The position numbers and the translations under genes are program-made. Source: Eledone cirrhosa (lineage: Eukaryota). From it: 64,000 nt of DNA. Numbering within the stretch: position 1 is the first letter of the stretch; every line of letters starts with the position of its first letter. Positions 14,522 through 58,189 of the stretch are shown piece after piece. The notes beneath the pieces are model-generated. The model was not told where the DNA came from. It saw only the letters and a list, made by a program, of their open reading frames with translations, and searched no databases. Location: assembly GCA_964016885.1 (NCBI GenBank), contig CAXHJY010001379.1, forward strand, positions 26,812 through 90,811, in the 5' to 3' direction.

Positions 14522-14824
14522 TATTATAGATAACGAGGAATCAGTGATGCATTAAAACACAATTTATTAACATATTACATATGTTTCTCCAATCAGCTCA
14601 AGGCTATTATAGATCGAACCCGACTCTGCACTTGCAAGCTCCTCAGATGTGTTTATCATTTTCAAGGCATTTCTTCAACTGACAATATTCAGTCCGTTTC
14701 ATCCCCATCACTTGAGTCAGGTTCGATCTATAATAGATCCTGCCTTGAGCTGATCGTCGGAGAAACATGTAATGTGTAATAAATTGTGTTTTAATGCATT
14801 ACTGATTCCTCGTTATCTATAATA
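14522..14824. mobile_element. Fold-back element/MITE with about 105-110-bp terminal inverted repeats
   Basis: 14522-14626 is the near-perfect reverse complement of 14714-14824. Confidence 0.85.
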
Positions 14825-14825
14825 T

Positions 14826-15045
14826 CACCTTGACCGACCAGTCTGTCAGGTGCCGCTGGTCACAGCACGTTGTGCTGTTTTAGCCATAAGATAACGCCAT
14901 CCCACTGGCTAGGCGGGCAGGCCGGTACTCATTTCTACAGCTGAGTAAACTGGAACAACGTGAAATAAAGCGTCTTGCTCAAGGAAACAACACATCACCC
15001 GGTCCGAGAATTGAACTCGCAACCTTTCGAGTGCAAGCCCAATAC
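14826..15045 (-). mobile_element. SINE with family B head and a different body
   Basis: Shares tactcatttctacagctgagtaaactgga...cttgctcaaggaaacaacac. Other B heads at about 17515(+), 30215(-), 38822(+) and 56228(+). Confidence 0.7.
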
Positions 15046-15247
15046 CCATGCTAGCATGGAAGATGGACATTAAACGATTATATATATATATAGAGAGAGA
15101 GAGAGATTCGTATATACTTTGTATATAGTGCAACAAATTGGCAGTTGTTAGAATGTCAGATAGAATGCTTTGTGGTATTCTTTTCAACTCTCTACACTCT
15201 CTGAATTCAAATCCTGCAGAGGTCAACTTTGCTTCTCATCCTTTTGA

Positions 15248-16630
15248 CATCATCGTTTTTATGTCTGTTTCTCCATGCTGGCATGGGTAGGGCAGGTCCT
15301 TTTCAGCACAGCATCTCTCCATTAGCCATGTTCCTTCATCATCTCCTTTGTGAGTCTCAGCAATTTGAGATCAGCTCCCACCTCCTCTGTTCAACTCTTC
15401 CTTGGTCTACCTCTACTGCAGCTTTCTTCCACTTGGATTTCCTAACACTTCTTCATCCAGCAATCATCATTCATGCACATCACATGTCTGTACCAATGCA
15501 GGCTTCTCTCTTGTACACCACTTTGGATTCCTCTTAAACCCAGTTTCTCGCTCTGCTCATCCAAGCTCTGCCTTTCTCTCACACTTACATTGCATATCCA
15601 ACAAAGCCTGGGTGCTTCATTTCTCTCCAGTCTATGCATGTCCTCTGTCGTCACTGCTCATATTTCACTACCATTCAGCATTGCACTTTGCACACAGGTG
15701 TCATAGTTGTCCTTTTGTACATAGGGAGAAACCTTGTGCTGTCAATTGGTAATAGTTCTATAAACTTCCATCCTATCCTTATTTTAGCTATTATGCTCTC
15801 AGAGGACCCTCTCCCTGCTAATTAAGTTACCTAGTTAGCAGGAGCTATCAGTAACTTCTATGGATCCTTCCTGTGATTGTGAAAGGTTTATATCACTGAC
15901 ACGCTTTCCCTCGGTTACCCCTGTGCATCTTCTACATCGTCTTCCCTTCCTATTAGTCTGTACCTGTCATCCCACTAGATCTCTTGTGTAACCAAGATTT
16001 ACATTGTATACATCATATAGAGGTTATGCCTAATCCTTTTCTACAGGGCCACTTCCCTGAGGGAATCGGTCTAATCTTTCTTACTTAGTAGCGCTTTAGT
16101 TTTTGTTAAGTTTACTCAGACCTTTTGATTCCAAATTGTTTCCATAGTTAGAACTTATTCTGTTTTTTTCTTTTTCTATGGATTCAGCTATAGGGAGCAG
16201 ATCACCTGCATAGATTAGTCCCTATGGACAGCCAGTCTTAAATTCCTCTGTTATGACCTGCAGAAAGAACTCTTAGTAGTAGGCTAAAAGCAAGTCACAA
16301 TTAACTACCTGTACCTTGAATTCCTCACTAAACTCACTTCCTACTCTCACTTTACTGACAGATCCTCTGTACATGGCTTCCACTGTTCTCAAAAGCCATT
16401 CTTCTACACCTAATCGCCTTAGGGACCACCAGATAATACATTGAGATACTGTCAAAGGCCTTCTCAAGATCAACAAAAGCTAAATATAGCAGCTTTTTCT
16501 TGACTAGGAACTTCTCTTGTAGTTGCCTCACTAAAAAGAGTGCTTCTGTAAGTACTTTTTTTCAAGCATGAAACCAAATTGCATCTCTTCTGATTTGACT
16601 CTTTCCCTAATTAGCTATGCTCTAACTTTG
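15248..16630 (-). mobile_element. Degraded RTE-clade LINE (reverse transcriptase to 3' end)
   Basis: Fragments QFGFM, LAFVDLEKAFD, WWSLRRLGVEEWL..AMYRGSVSKVRV, RLERNE..LCWICNV, QERSLHWYRHV; many frameshifts. Confidence 0.85.
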
Positions 16631-18012
16631 TCAGAAATAAGTCCAGTACTGAGGTTGATCTTTCTATATCTTATTTTCACTCTCTCTTACCTCTGAAAGA
16701 AATCAGCTGTGTTCAGACCTAGAGGTTTGGGGCTCTATCATTGGAATAGCAAGTGAATCGAAATTCTTTCTCATGTGTTTGTTGTATATACATACTCACT
16801 GTTGTAATTGTTTACATTATTTACATTTATGTGATGAAGAGCTGAAATAAAATAATTTCTAAATGAAACCTGCCTAACCATTGGCTCAGACAGGTTCTGT
16901 CTTGTCTTGAGTATGGCTTTTGTTTGGAAACAAAGAAGGTGGGACGGACAGTAAGCTGATGATGATTTAACTCCCTCCTTTTTTGGTGTCTGTCACTGTT
17001 GTTTTGTGTGACAGACACTTTGACCTGCTCCTTGGACAATAATGACAGTCTAATATTTTAAAAAAAAAAGGCTTTAGAAATGAATGTTACTTCTCCTTTT
17101 CCCCTGTCTGTCTAGCTCACTCATTTTTCTCCATCTTCTCTCTCTCCACCCTCTCATTCTTTCTCCCTCTATCTCGCTCACTCTTGATTATTTTTCAAAA
17201 TTATTTGAATATCATAAAGTCTCTCTCTTCGGTCTTCAGAAATGTTAAAATCTGGCCAGCAGGTATAAAGTCAATACCTGTAATTTCACCTGTTTCATTC
17301 ATTTAAACAGCTACAAACTGTGTGTGTCTAACTATAAGATCGATGGATGGTATATCGATAAAAATGACATATGTAAGGTTGATCGACGAGGAATGCCTAT
17401 GCTGACCTCTGATTTATAACATTATGCAATGTATAAATCTAGATTAAATGATTGTCTGAGTGAGATAGTGTGACGGCGTGTGAATATAAGGGTTAGCCTG
17501 TTGATCTTTGGAGCCTAAATCGTGGGTTCGATTCCAGGTTCGGGCAGTGCGTTGTGTTCTTGAACAATAGGCATAATTGTACATTGCTTTTGGTGATACA
17601 GACTGTCCCTTCCCTCTCCATCCTTATCGTTAACCCTTTCATTAACCAATGCCTATTGCTCAAGAGCACTACGCCCATTCTGGAATTGAACCCACCACGA
17701 GTTTATGCTCGTTAGTTCATAGGGAGATGCGCGGATACACCGTATGTAAATAAATGTCTTTGTGTGATATTCGATTTGTAGCCGCTGCAAATAAATTCAA
17801 TTGAATTCAGTTCAGTCGATCAGTGATGTGTTGTTATAATTCCTGGTATTTCCCCTTATCAGCTCTGATGCTGTTGTCGTCGTTCTCGTTTGTTTTTCTT
17901 TCTTTATTGCTCTCTCTCTGTCTCTCTCACTTCCTACTTGCTGGTGCTTTCTCTCTCTCTTTCATTAAACTTAGTACCCGATACTCTGTATGTATGTATG
18001 TATGTATTGTAT

Positions 18013-18043
<31 letters not shown>

Positions 18044-18115
18044 AATATATAAATGAAGTATTTCCGTAGGAAAACCACTGGTAAATGAAATAATTATCTT
18101 ATGTTGTTTATTACA

Positions 18116-18150
<35 letters not shown>

Positions 18151-18245
18151 ATAATAAAAAATTGAAGACTAAAATCCAAAGAGGGCTCAAGATCCCGTTA
18201 AGGGTGAAAGCAGCGATTCTTTGCTTAAACTTTAATGTTATTTTA

Positions 18246-18284
<39 letters not shown>

Positions 18285-18697
18285 GTGTGTGTACACATAC
18301 GTCGTTGCTCGATCATCTCGTCTAGAAATCTTGAAATTCACCCGAAGAATTTGATAATGTAGTCAAGTATGACGTCGTCTGAAAGTCAGATGAGATGGTC
18401 ACTTTGTTGGAAGATCTTTTCGTAGCAGAAATAGATAACTGACGTTCCTTCAGCAATGGCCTTCTGTTTATCGCCCCAGTTTCTTGTTCCTTGTTTTTTC
18501 TTATTTTTTTCTTCCGTCTTACCACCTCCCACACATTCGTCCTTCACTCTCTTTATCTCCCTCTTTATTTATCTCACTCTCTCTATTTGTTTCTATTTCT
18601 TCTCCCTCTTTTACTCTTGACTCTCTAGCACCTCACCTCCCCTATTATTCATTTCTCTTTCTCTCTCTGCTTCTTCTTCGTCTCCACCTGCCATCGT

Positions 18698-18885
18698 CTG
18701 ATTGGCAGTATCGGTAGAGGGTCGGACGCCATGCTTTGACGCATTGAGTTACGGCCCTTGCCATTCTGAGTTCAAATCCCGCCGAGGTTAACTTTGCCTT
18801 TCATCCTTACGGGGTCGATAAAATAAAGTACCAGTAATACACTGGGTAATTGCTGGCCTTGTGTCAAAAGTAGAAACAATTATTT
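18698..18885 (+). mobile_element. SINE family A copy
   Basis: Closely matches the reverse complement of 24721-24912. Further copies or fragments lie near 2250(-), 4785(-), 7900, 9850(-), 11092, 12150, 15135, 27455, 35905-36350, 36775, 37650(-), 39775, 45300, 46185, 48170 and 50179(-). Confidence 0.8.
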
Positions 18886-19299
18886 CCCCTTCACCCTTCT
18901 TTTCTCTCCTTCGTCTGCTTTTATCTTCCTTTTCGATTTAATTACTCCTGATTTTTTTTTTTTTTTTTCCACTAATTTATCCTCCCTACGTCTCTTTACT
19001 ACATCTTACCATCCACTCCTCCCTTCATTGCTCTCTCCCGTTACTCTGTTGCTGTTTCCTCAAGCCTCTTTTTAATTTCTTTACCCTATCCCTTTCACTC
19101 TCTTTCTCCCTTGCTTATCGTCTTTCTCTCTCTCCCCCTTCATCTAACCATTCCCCCTCTCTTTTTTCACCATTAATTCACTCTGCGTCTCTTACCTCTC
19201 TCCCTATTTCTTCCTCCTCCGTCTCTCTTTCATTCTCTCAGTCTTTCCCTCACTCTGCTGTGTATATATATATTTATACACTGTATGTATATATATACT

Positions 19300-19605
19300 C
19301 TGCTACTGTGCCTCTTTTACTGTGGCCAGCTACTACCACTACTACTAGTTCGTCCCTCCTACCACCATTGTCAGTTTACCTTCCTCTGTAGTGAGAAGCA
19401 GTAGCAGTAGTGAGAGTAGACTTTAGTGTTGTGGTAGTGCTGTGTCTGTCCCGCAGTAAACATAACACATTACACCTCAGTCTCTGTTAGTTTTATTTTT
19501 TATTTAGATTCACTTGAATTTCGTTTAATTTCTGTGGGTTTTTTTGTCGTTTTTCGTGTGTTTTGTGTGTATTTAATGCAGGCCTCAGCTTAAGTTGAAG
19601 CTAAG
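19300..19605 (+). promoter_or_regulatory. Candidate promoter and non-coding 5' exon of 4E-T
   Basis: Coding exon 1 begins at an acceptor, so an upstream exon is needed. A consensus donor aag|gtaagt lies at 19605/19606, downstream of a long pyrimidine-rich region. The start coordinate is a guess. Confidence 0.4.
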
Positions 19606-19784
19606 GTAAGTAATATTGACTCAAATTATCTCTAGGTACTAACAATGATAACGGTGTATCTTTCTGACACAATACTGTGAATATGTACACACACACAAAC
19701 ATGACTATAGATATATATATACGCACACACACACACACACAAATATTTTATATATGTATATACATACAAACATGAATATATATT

Positions 19785-19821
<37 letters not shown>

Positions 19822-20160
19822 CACAATCTCAATACATTGTATATACATACGCACGTGAGCTTGAGATACTACATGGTCGCTCAACTTGCTAGAAATAGCA
19901 GTCATATCTCTCGCCTTATTGTCTTAAAGTAAGGATATATTAGATAATGTTGTCCTGGACGAATAATACTTATAAAATTAATAATTAGACGAAGAGTTAC
20001 TGTGGAGACAGCATTGGTAACAAGCTTCTTCACAATTACAGCCGACAGCAATATATGGTGGCTATTCTAGTTTGTTTTTAATTTGGGTTTTTTCAGTTCT
20101 TTAGGCTAAGATTTAAAAAAAAAATTTTTGGTGAGCGCCGAACAACTGTTATCGCAGTCG

Positions 20161-20202
<42 letters not shown>

Positions 20203-20717
20203 CTTTTTAAATGGAAAAACAAAAACATAACACGTGTTTGTGTGTGTTATATATATATAATATATATTAGTTTTCTCGATAGTTAATCTAAACTTGCCTG
20301 GAATTACGAATGAAAAAGTTTGTTAGCATGAATTTATTATGCTTTAATGTATTGGAGTTGGACGTGATAATGACCAGCTCTTTTTACTCTTGGTATTTCT
20401 AAAAAGTCTCACAAGCAAATAATACACACACACACGTATGTATATATATATATATATATTTATATATCTGTACGCACATACTGTACATGTATGCATATGT
20501 GTATACACACACACACACACACAGCTGGTAGAAAGTATAGGTCTATGTTGAATGTAGACGTGGACGTTGGATAGTTAATATAAACAGAAAGAAACTAGAG
20601 CCTTATTATTTGCTTGTCCTTTATCTATTATGTACCGTATCCAATGTCCATATTTACGTTCACTATATTCCATCAAACACTTTAGCCGAATAATGTCGGA
20701 CGAACGGTATAGCTAAA

Positions 20718-20749
<32 letters not shown>

Positions 20750-22220
20750 CACATACACTCTGCTGTTATGTTTGTATATTTCTTGTTGTCTGAAAGTTTT
20801 TACGACACATTTATTACTAGAGCTAGCTGGACAAGATATATGTGTATATACACATACATACATGTCACATAATCTGAATAATATAGAAAAGTAAAAGAAA
20901 CTTTCCGTTAGCGAATTATGTTGAAGAATGTTAATATATTTCGAAATTTCAATGTTCTTTCTATCTGAATACCTTGTACTTTAGAAATTCATTTTTTAAC
21001 TTACTTACAAACAACTCCCACAAGAATTATATATATATATATATATATAGTTTCTTTCGATCCGTTTTGAGCAGAGATTTCGGTTTTAATTTGGTTCGTT
21101 ATCATTAAATAGACCGAAGACATAACTGGGACGGTGATTATTTTGTTTGGTTGTTTACGTGTTTCATTTCTCCATTTGTGTCTATTTCAATCTCTATTTC
21201 TGTCTCTCTCTGACTCTCTGTGTGTGTGTATATAATCAGTGAATGTGTGGTGCTTTATTTGGTAAATTTACAGAACACCCTTTCTCCCGTTCAGTAGGAA
21301 ATTGTGGGGAGGAGGTTTAGCCTGTCCCCTACCCCCCCCCCTTTTTACCCTATATTTTTTTTTTTATATTCAAGCTGGTGTTGAAGACATAAGCTAACTA
21401 ACTAAACACACTCTCTCTCTATATATATATTTTTTTTTTTTTGCTTGTTTACAACGAACGCCATTTCTTCTTCCACCAACCAACCATTCTCTATCTCTAC
21501 ATACATACATACCTTATTCGAGATACCATATATATTTTGTTGGTGACATTGACAATGTCTTTCCCTGCTTTTCTTTTTAGCTTTATAAGTTTTGCATCTC
21601 TAAGCAGGATACTGGTTGACATTTTTGCGAACCCTTTTTTTTTTCTCTAATCTAATTTTTCTTTATTTATACTAAACGTGTGTGTACACAAACACGCACG
21701 CACTTAAGTGTCTGCAGTGATGTATACGTAAACACGCACATCTCTAGCACCATTTTCTCACACATTCATGTGTGTGTGTATATGTACATATCTACACACA
21801 TACATAGGTAAACAGTATAAACAGCTGAATATATGTATGTTATACTCTCTAACTGCTGGCGGAGTGATTTGATGTAATGTGTGTAGGCTTCTGCCATCTT
21901 TTAAAATTTGCCAGGTAACACGAGCATAAGTTATTTCGCTAACTGGTTCTAATCAAACTGTGACCCTTTTTCTAAAAACAAAAGTCCCCCAGCCCCATCA
22001 CCCCAAAAAAGTATACCGTTTGTCCCAACACACCTGCCATCACCCTTCTCGTGTTCGTTTGATTGATTGGAGTGAAGAAAACTCCAGCTGGAAGACACCA
22101 TTAAACACAAGTAACAAGTGACTATTAATAGTAATATATCATTAAGCAGTGTTGTTTTTTTTTCTTTTTTGTAAAAATTAGTTATGTGGATTTGTTTGTG
22201 TTTTCATGTTAGAGCTCAAA

Positions 22221-22268
<48 letters not shown>

Positions 22269-24720
22269 ATGTGTATACACACACACACAAATATCCCGTC
22301 ATATTCACAGAATTCCTTGCGTATACACGTTAAGGTTATGGGCCCCGTTAGCTCCGTGTGTGTGTGTGTGTGTATTCCTGGTGATTACAAACGAATGAAA
22401 CGGTTCCAGTACTGTAGAAGTCGTTTCTATATTAAATATGTACCTTCACTACTAATGTATCCAGTACCTTTAACTGCAGTTTCCTTCGGGAAACCGTTCT
22501 GCATTTTACATGTGAAATGAGTCTGGTAAATTTTCACGAAATATTTTCGTTTTCTTATTTCGAGTCCTTTTGTCAATGATACCCGTCATTGAGCTTGGAC
22601 GTCATGTCGTAAATTTGTTGTTTGGCCCCTTGTAATCCCCGATCAATCAGACCTCGCTATGATCAATGACGTACCCGTTCTATTAGTGACACAGCTTTTA
22701 ATCCTGCCGTCGTTACATGGGACCACATTATCAATTATTTCACTTTTCTAAAAGACGGGGATCCCCGAACTATTTAGACAATCGACCTTTTCATAAAATC
22801 CTTGACACCTCGTCAACCCCATACATATCCAAAAATAACTTTAAAAATCAAATAGAATAAACAATAGAAACAAATTATATATAAACCAGAAACCTGTACA
22901 AGCAAGTTGTATTTTCATTTCTTGTACAAATGTCAGATTTTGGTCCAAAAATTCAATCGACTTCTTGGGTAGGTCACATGGACTCCTAGGGGGTTATTAA
23001 CTGGTTCACTGCATTTCAGGCGATGAGAGAATCAAGGGAGTGTCTGTGCAACCTGAGTACGAATAGAATGTATTTTTGTTTCAACCAACTGGTTTGTTTT
23101 TATCAGTGGTTTTCTTTTAGGCTGATATAAAATACACCACACATACACAATGTGAATGTAAGTATGTATGTATGTGATATATATTTATAAAAATCATTTA
23201 ACGTCCACTTTCCTTGCTGACTGGGTTGGATGAGTCTACATAGACTAAATCAGTACTGAATCGGGGTCATAGACGTCCCAGACAGGCTGAGGAGGCCTGT
23301 ATCCCTCTTACATATGGTCATATCGAGTGCAGAGGAGTTGTCTTTTGACATACTGAAGGGTCCTGCCAACATTTTGTTTGCCAAGCTTTCTATGATTTTC
23401 TATCACCAACCACTTTACAGCATTGGCAATAATTGGGTAGGTCGTCACAGGCCAGTCAGCACTCAAGCAACGCTACTGGTTTCTCAGATGTGCCGAGGGG
23501 CCTGCATCTTGCTTAATCCTGTGCCTGAACCAGATGCATTTTATCATGACACCAGCACTAGGGAGGTTATATCTTCAACACAACTGAAGTCTTCCCAACA
23601 TTTTGTTTAGCAGGTTTACTATGGCTGGATGCCCTTCCTATCACCAGCCACTTTAGTGTACTGGGTATTTATAATGTAGATCACTATATATGCACACACA
23701 CAATTTTGTAGCACCTTGGTTAACGTTGTTCTAGCCATGGGGCTTCCACATTTTTCAGACAGTTTATCTAAAACTATCCGATATCTTTTCTGTTGATGTG
23801 GTATGGTGTGATGGAGATTTGATTGGTATTTCTAGCAGGTCAAGAGACCACATTGAAGCTCACCCATCTTTACTTTACATCCGCCATAGCTGTCTTGTTT
23901 TGGCATCTTTTCATGCATTTGGTTGGATTTTTTTTTGGCATTTCTGGCTCTGCTACAAATGTTCTGATAACTGGACAGGTTTTTAAAATCCTACTTCGCC
24001 ACAATTACTTAACTTCCAATAACAACCACCAGGTCTTCTGGCAATGTTATATATATATATATATATATATACCAAGTAGATTGGCTGAGCCAATGAAAGC
24101 ACCTCTGTGGTTTTTCAACCTTCCAGAAATACCAACCAAATCTCCTTTTGCCCCTTTTGTTACTGTATTTTCTAATGACACTGGTGTTTCAATTTTGAAA
24201 ACAAAAAATTTTAATGAGATTCAGTAATGTTTTTTATTAAGGTATTTGGAACATTAGTCAATAAGAAATTCTTACATAAGATTAAGATGGAAGATTTTAA
24301 TGTCAATATGAACACTTTCAAATGGGGATTGATTTTTGTAGTATAGACATAAATGTAGCACTATAGAATTTGTCTGAAAATGGTATGGGTAGTTATGTAT
24401 TGAATATCTTTGCTCATATGTCTGACTGGAGCATCAAGTTGTACTGTGCTATATGCTCTGGCTTATTGTTTTCATTTGAGGTTCAGTAATATACAATAGG
24501 GCTGGGCCCCCTCCAAAAGAATATCATGTACAGGTATGAGCTATAACAAAACCTACAAACACAGATGAGTGAAATTAAATTATACCAGAAGGTATTTAGT
24601 TCAGTTACTCTACCTTAATAGCTCACATTGATTTAATGCCACATATTGTAGAGTGGATATAGTTAGACCTAAGTATATGACAGGTATTTTTTTTTTTTTT
24701 TTTAATAACAACCCTGGATA

Positions 24721-24912
24721 AATAATTGTTTCTACGTTTGGCACAAGGCCAGCAATTACCCAGTGTATTACTGGTACTTTATTTTATCGACCCCGTAAGG
24801 ATGAAAGGCAAAGTTAACCTCAGCGGGATTTGAACTCAGAAAGGCAAAGGCCATAACTCTATACGTCAAAGCATGGCGTCCGACCGTCAACCGATACTGC
24901 CAATCCACCACC
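24721..24912 (-). mobile_element. tRNA-like SINE family A, young copy with target-site duplication
   Basis: A-box-like tggcagtatcgg and B-box-like gagttcaaatcc; ACCCTGGATAAAT repeated at 24711-24723 and 24910-24922. Confidence 0.8.
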
Positions 24913-25212
24913 CTGGATAAATGATAATTAAATATAATTTCAACAAGATTTGAATTCTTGGACTAATGGATATCAAAATATTTTGTCTGGTGCCATTCTA
25001 CTGTAGTGTTAACCTTCTTGGTAGCACCTGAAACCACTTCTCATCCTGTGTTAAAAAAAGTTTTTAAATGTCTAATGAAGGTGCATGGCATGATTGTTAG
25101 GGCTTTGTAATCACAATCATAGTTGTGGTTTAAATGTAGTTTAAAATACCTGAATCAAAATTTAAAGCTTTTAATTATCGAAATATTTCTCTTTCAGTTC
25201 CCATCGGTGGGT

Positions 25213-54816
<29,604 letters not shown>

Positions 54817-55162
54817 GAATCTTTCACTCTTTTCTTCTTTCTCCCCCTCCCCCATCAACTGTTGTGTGTGTGCACATTCTACACATGTGCATGCATGTGT
54901 GTGTTTATATACATATGTCTATATGTATATCTAAAAGCATGTATATGTGTGTACAGGTGTGTATACATGCGTGAGCGTATGCAAGTACGTATGAGTCTGC
55001 ATATTTGCATGTAGGCTCACATGTATGTATATATGTCCATTTGTCTATATATGTATGTATATGTACGTACGTATGTATGTATATATGTATATACATGTAT
55101 ATATATGTATCCCGGGTTTAATCGGGAGCAACCATGTGTATGTATATGTGCATGTATATATA

Positions 55163-55201
<39 letters not shown>

Positions 55202-55206
55202 ATATA

Positions 55207-55247
<41 letters not shown>

Positions 55248-55942
55248 TATTTTCTTGTTCTTGACTCCCTCCTCCCTTCCTCCTTTCACTTTTGCATCTC
55301 TCCAGTTCTCTTGATCTGATGTCTCTCTTGGCTAAAGCTGCTTGCCAGAGAAAGTTTGTACAAAAAATAACAATTAAAAAAAAAAAACACCCTTGTTCAT
55401 AACCAATCCCCCCCCCCCCCCTTTACAAAAAACCTCCCTAACCAAAAAAATTCTTTGGTGGACAATGTTGTGGTTTCCTGTCCCCTGCTACCAACACCTT
55501 TACTCCTGCTTAGTTTCTTTCTTTTTTTTTTTTTTTTTTTTTTTTTTAGATATATTTTTTTTCTTTTCTTTCCAAGAGACAAAGAAGAAAAGTTTAAAAA
55601 AAATATATATATATATAAAGAACAAATATGAACAAAATACATGTATAAAAGAAAAGCTTTTTTTTTTTTTTTTTTGTGATGATGAATTAAGAGGGGTGGG
55701 TGTTAGGGTGGGGGGCAAGGAAAGAAAACAATAGATCCCTCCCTCCTTCCTCCTCCACACACACATACACACATAATAAATAAAACAAAAAACATTTTCA
55801 AAAACAGATAACTGTGAAGGACCCTTGTTCAATGTTTCTTTTTCTTTTTTTTTTTAAATAAACTTTTTTTGAAAACATTTTTTTCCTTTTTTTTTTTTTT
55901 TTTTTTTTTTCTTCTTTTCTTTTTGTATCCTTCCGGTGTTTG

Positions 55943-55973
<31 letters not shown>

Positions 55974-56134
55974 CCCTTAAAAAAAAATACTTCATTTAAA
56001 AGAAAAATATCCGTTTCCAACCTATCCCTATCCATTTCTGTTTGCTGTTAAATTTTCTTGCTATACTTGTTCAGATGTTACAAGCATGTTGAAGTCTCAT
56101 TGGAGATGATGATGATGACGATGATAATAATAAA
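54817..56134 (+). other. Probable 4E-T 3' UTR, U-rich, with candidate polyA signals
   Basis: Long T tracts; AATAAA at 55775-55780 and 56129-56134. The true 3' end is not determinable from sequence. Confidence 0.5.
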
Positions 56135-57197
56135 GATAAAGAAAAAAAAAATTAGGAAAAATATTTTTTGAATATAAATGTTTTACTCTTCTACTCCTTA
56201 TGTTAAATCTTCTGCTGCTATTGTTTTCTGCCTAGTGGTTAGGGTATTGAACTTGATCATAATGTTGTGGGTTCAATTCCTTGATCTAGGCAATGCATTG
56301 TTTTCTTGAGCAACGCACTTAATTTCACATTGCTTTTTGTGATAGGACTTGAGCCCCTATCATTAAAACATCTGATAAACCTCTTATGAGATACCTCATA
56401 GGGGGCCAATTAAACTTACACAAGTGAGCTATATATATTTTTTTTTTCTCTGAGAATGGCCTGAATGTCAAAGCTACAGCTTGATCTCTCTCTTTGATAA
56501 ATCTCTGGCTTTGAGCTTGTATTAACCATTTTCTAAGGATATCCAATGCAAATAATTTTGATGGATTAATTATTATAACGTTCTCTTTAACCCTTTCGTT
56601 AAATTTCTAAGACTATTTTCAAATTTTGATGGATTAATATAACTAATTTTCTCATTAAGCTGTTTGGAATATAACTTATAGGTTCTTATTCCCCTAATGT
56701 CTCAAAAATTTATATATCCTTTGATTTGCTAGAAAGGCTAGTAAGTTCCCTCAAATGACACCCTGCCTCTTAAATAAGGACTTTAATATCTCTCTCTCTC
56801 TAGATATATAGATAGATTTTATAGAGCGAGAATCCCGACCACTTGACACCAGTTGGGATTTTACCTATCTTTATACCCACTCTGCATCTCCCCATGCATT
56901 GGGTACTCCCATGATTATTGGTCTCGGCACTGCAGACTCGCTCGCTCTATCTATGTATCTGTATATATCTCTAGCTATTCCATGCAAGCATGTAAAAAAC
57001 GATGATATAGAGAGACGGATATATTATTAAATACAGATGATAATGATGGTCTGGTCATAATTGGAACAACTTTAATCCTAGTGCCTGCTTAATAAGAACC
57101 AATTTAGAGCTAAGAAACACAGCACCACCACTTGCAATAACATGAATATAGATAACAAAACAAATACATAGAAATGACGATTAGCCTGAAATTTCAT

Positions 57198-57221
57198 TTT
57201 ATTTTAATTGAAATATTTATT
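57198..57221 (-). terminator. Two polyadenylation signals of the CBM14 gene
   Basis: AATAAA on minus at 57221-57216 and 57203-57198, about 160-180 nt after the stop. Confidence 0.6.
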
Positions 57222-57378
57222 TACTGTAAATAATACATTACACTCATTCACACATTCATTCTTCTTTCTCTCTTTCTCATATGTTGGCCATGAACGTCAG
57301 CAATACATTGAAGTAAATAGTCACCATTTTTTTTTTAGTCCTGCTGCTTTTTTTTTTTTTTTTTTTTTTTTTGTTTCT

Positions 57379-58100
57379 TCAAGGCCATCTGTTACCAGCA
57401 GGGTTCCATCCTCCAACAGCAGGGTTTCTGGCATTGGGGCCAGCAGATGGAGCAGCATTAGTACCAGTTTGGTCTCTGTCATCGACCTTCTGCCCTATGC
57501 CAGCAGTTCGGTTTCTATTGACATTGACTTGTCCTTGTTGTTGACGGTTTTGGGGTTGACCAATGAAATTAAAAGCACCGGGTGTAAAAACTCCAAAACC
57601 AGGAGTCCCTAAGAAGCCGTTGTTGTTGTTGTTCCATCCTGCGGTGTTTCTTGGCCAGTTAATGGGTGGCACAGCGCCATTGGCGCCACCCCATGGCACT
57701 TGTTGACCATTGTTCCACTGAGGGTTTCTTCCCCATTGTCGTCCAGCAAAACCGTTGTTGTTGTTGTTGTTCCAAGGGTTTTGCTGTACTGGAGGATTTA
57801 CTCCAGCACCACCAAATCCACCAACAGCACCGCCATTTCCAGGATTCCATGGACCAAAGTTTCCATTAGCATTGTTGTTGTTTCCTCTAAATATATTACA
57901 GGTCTGCTGGTTGCCAGGGGAACAACGACCTAGCACTGGGTTAAAGACATTGTTGTTTCGTCTACATCGTCTCTCTGTTGCTATGGAGTTTACACATTGC
58001 AGGAATCGGTGGCACGTTGGGTCGTTAAGGTCTTCGAAGAAGCCATTGAGAGCTGGACAAAAGTTCCTCACTTGGCCTTGAATGAGGGCCACATCTATCA
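57379..58100 (-). CDS. Exon 2 of secreted peritrophin-A/CBM14 protein with Asn/Gly/Trp-rich tail (250 aa in total)
   Basis: Acceptor catttcag| at 58101; Cys spacing C-x14-C-x5-C-x9-C-x13-C-x7-C fits the chitin-binding type-2 consensus; long open frame to TGA. Confidence 0.9.
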
Positions 58101-58126
58101 CTGAAATGGAAGAAATTTAGAATTAT

Positions 58127-58189
<63 letters not shown>

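Noticed and set aside
16986-17018. 11-bp perfect hairpin gtgtctgtcac...gtgacagacac with TGATGA/CTGA motifs nearby
   Set aside because: Too short for a pre-miRNA, and the box spacing does not form a convincing C/D snoRNA.
55393-56051. Poly-Lys and poly-Phe ORFs
   Set aside because: Translation of T tracts in the probable 3' UTR.
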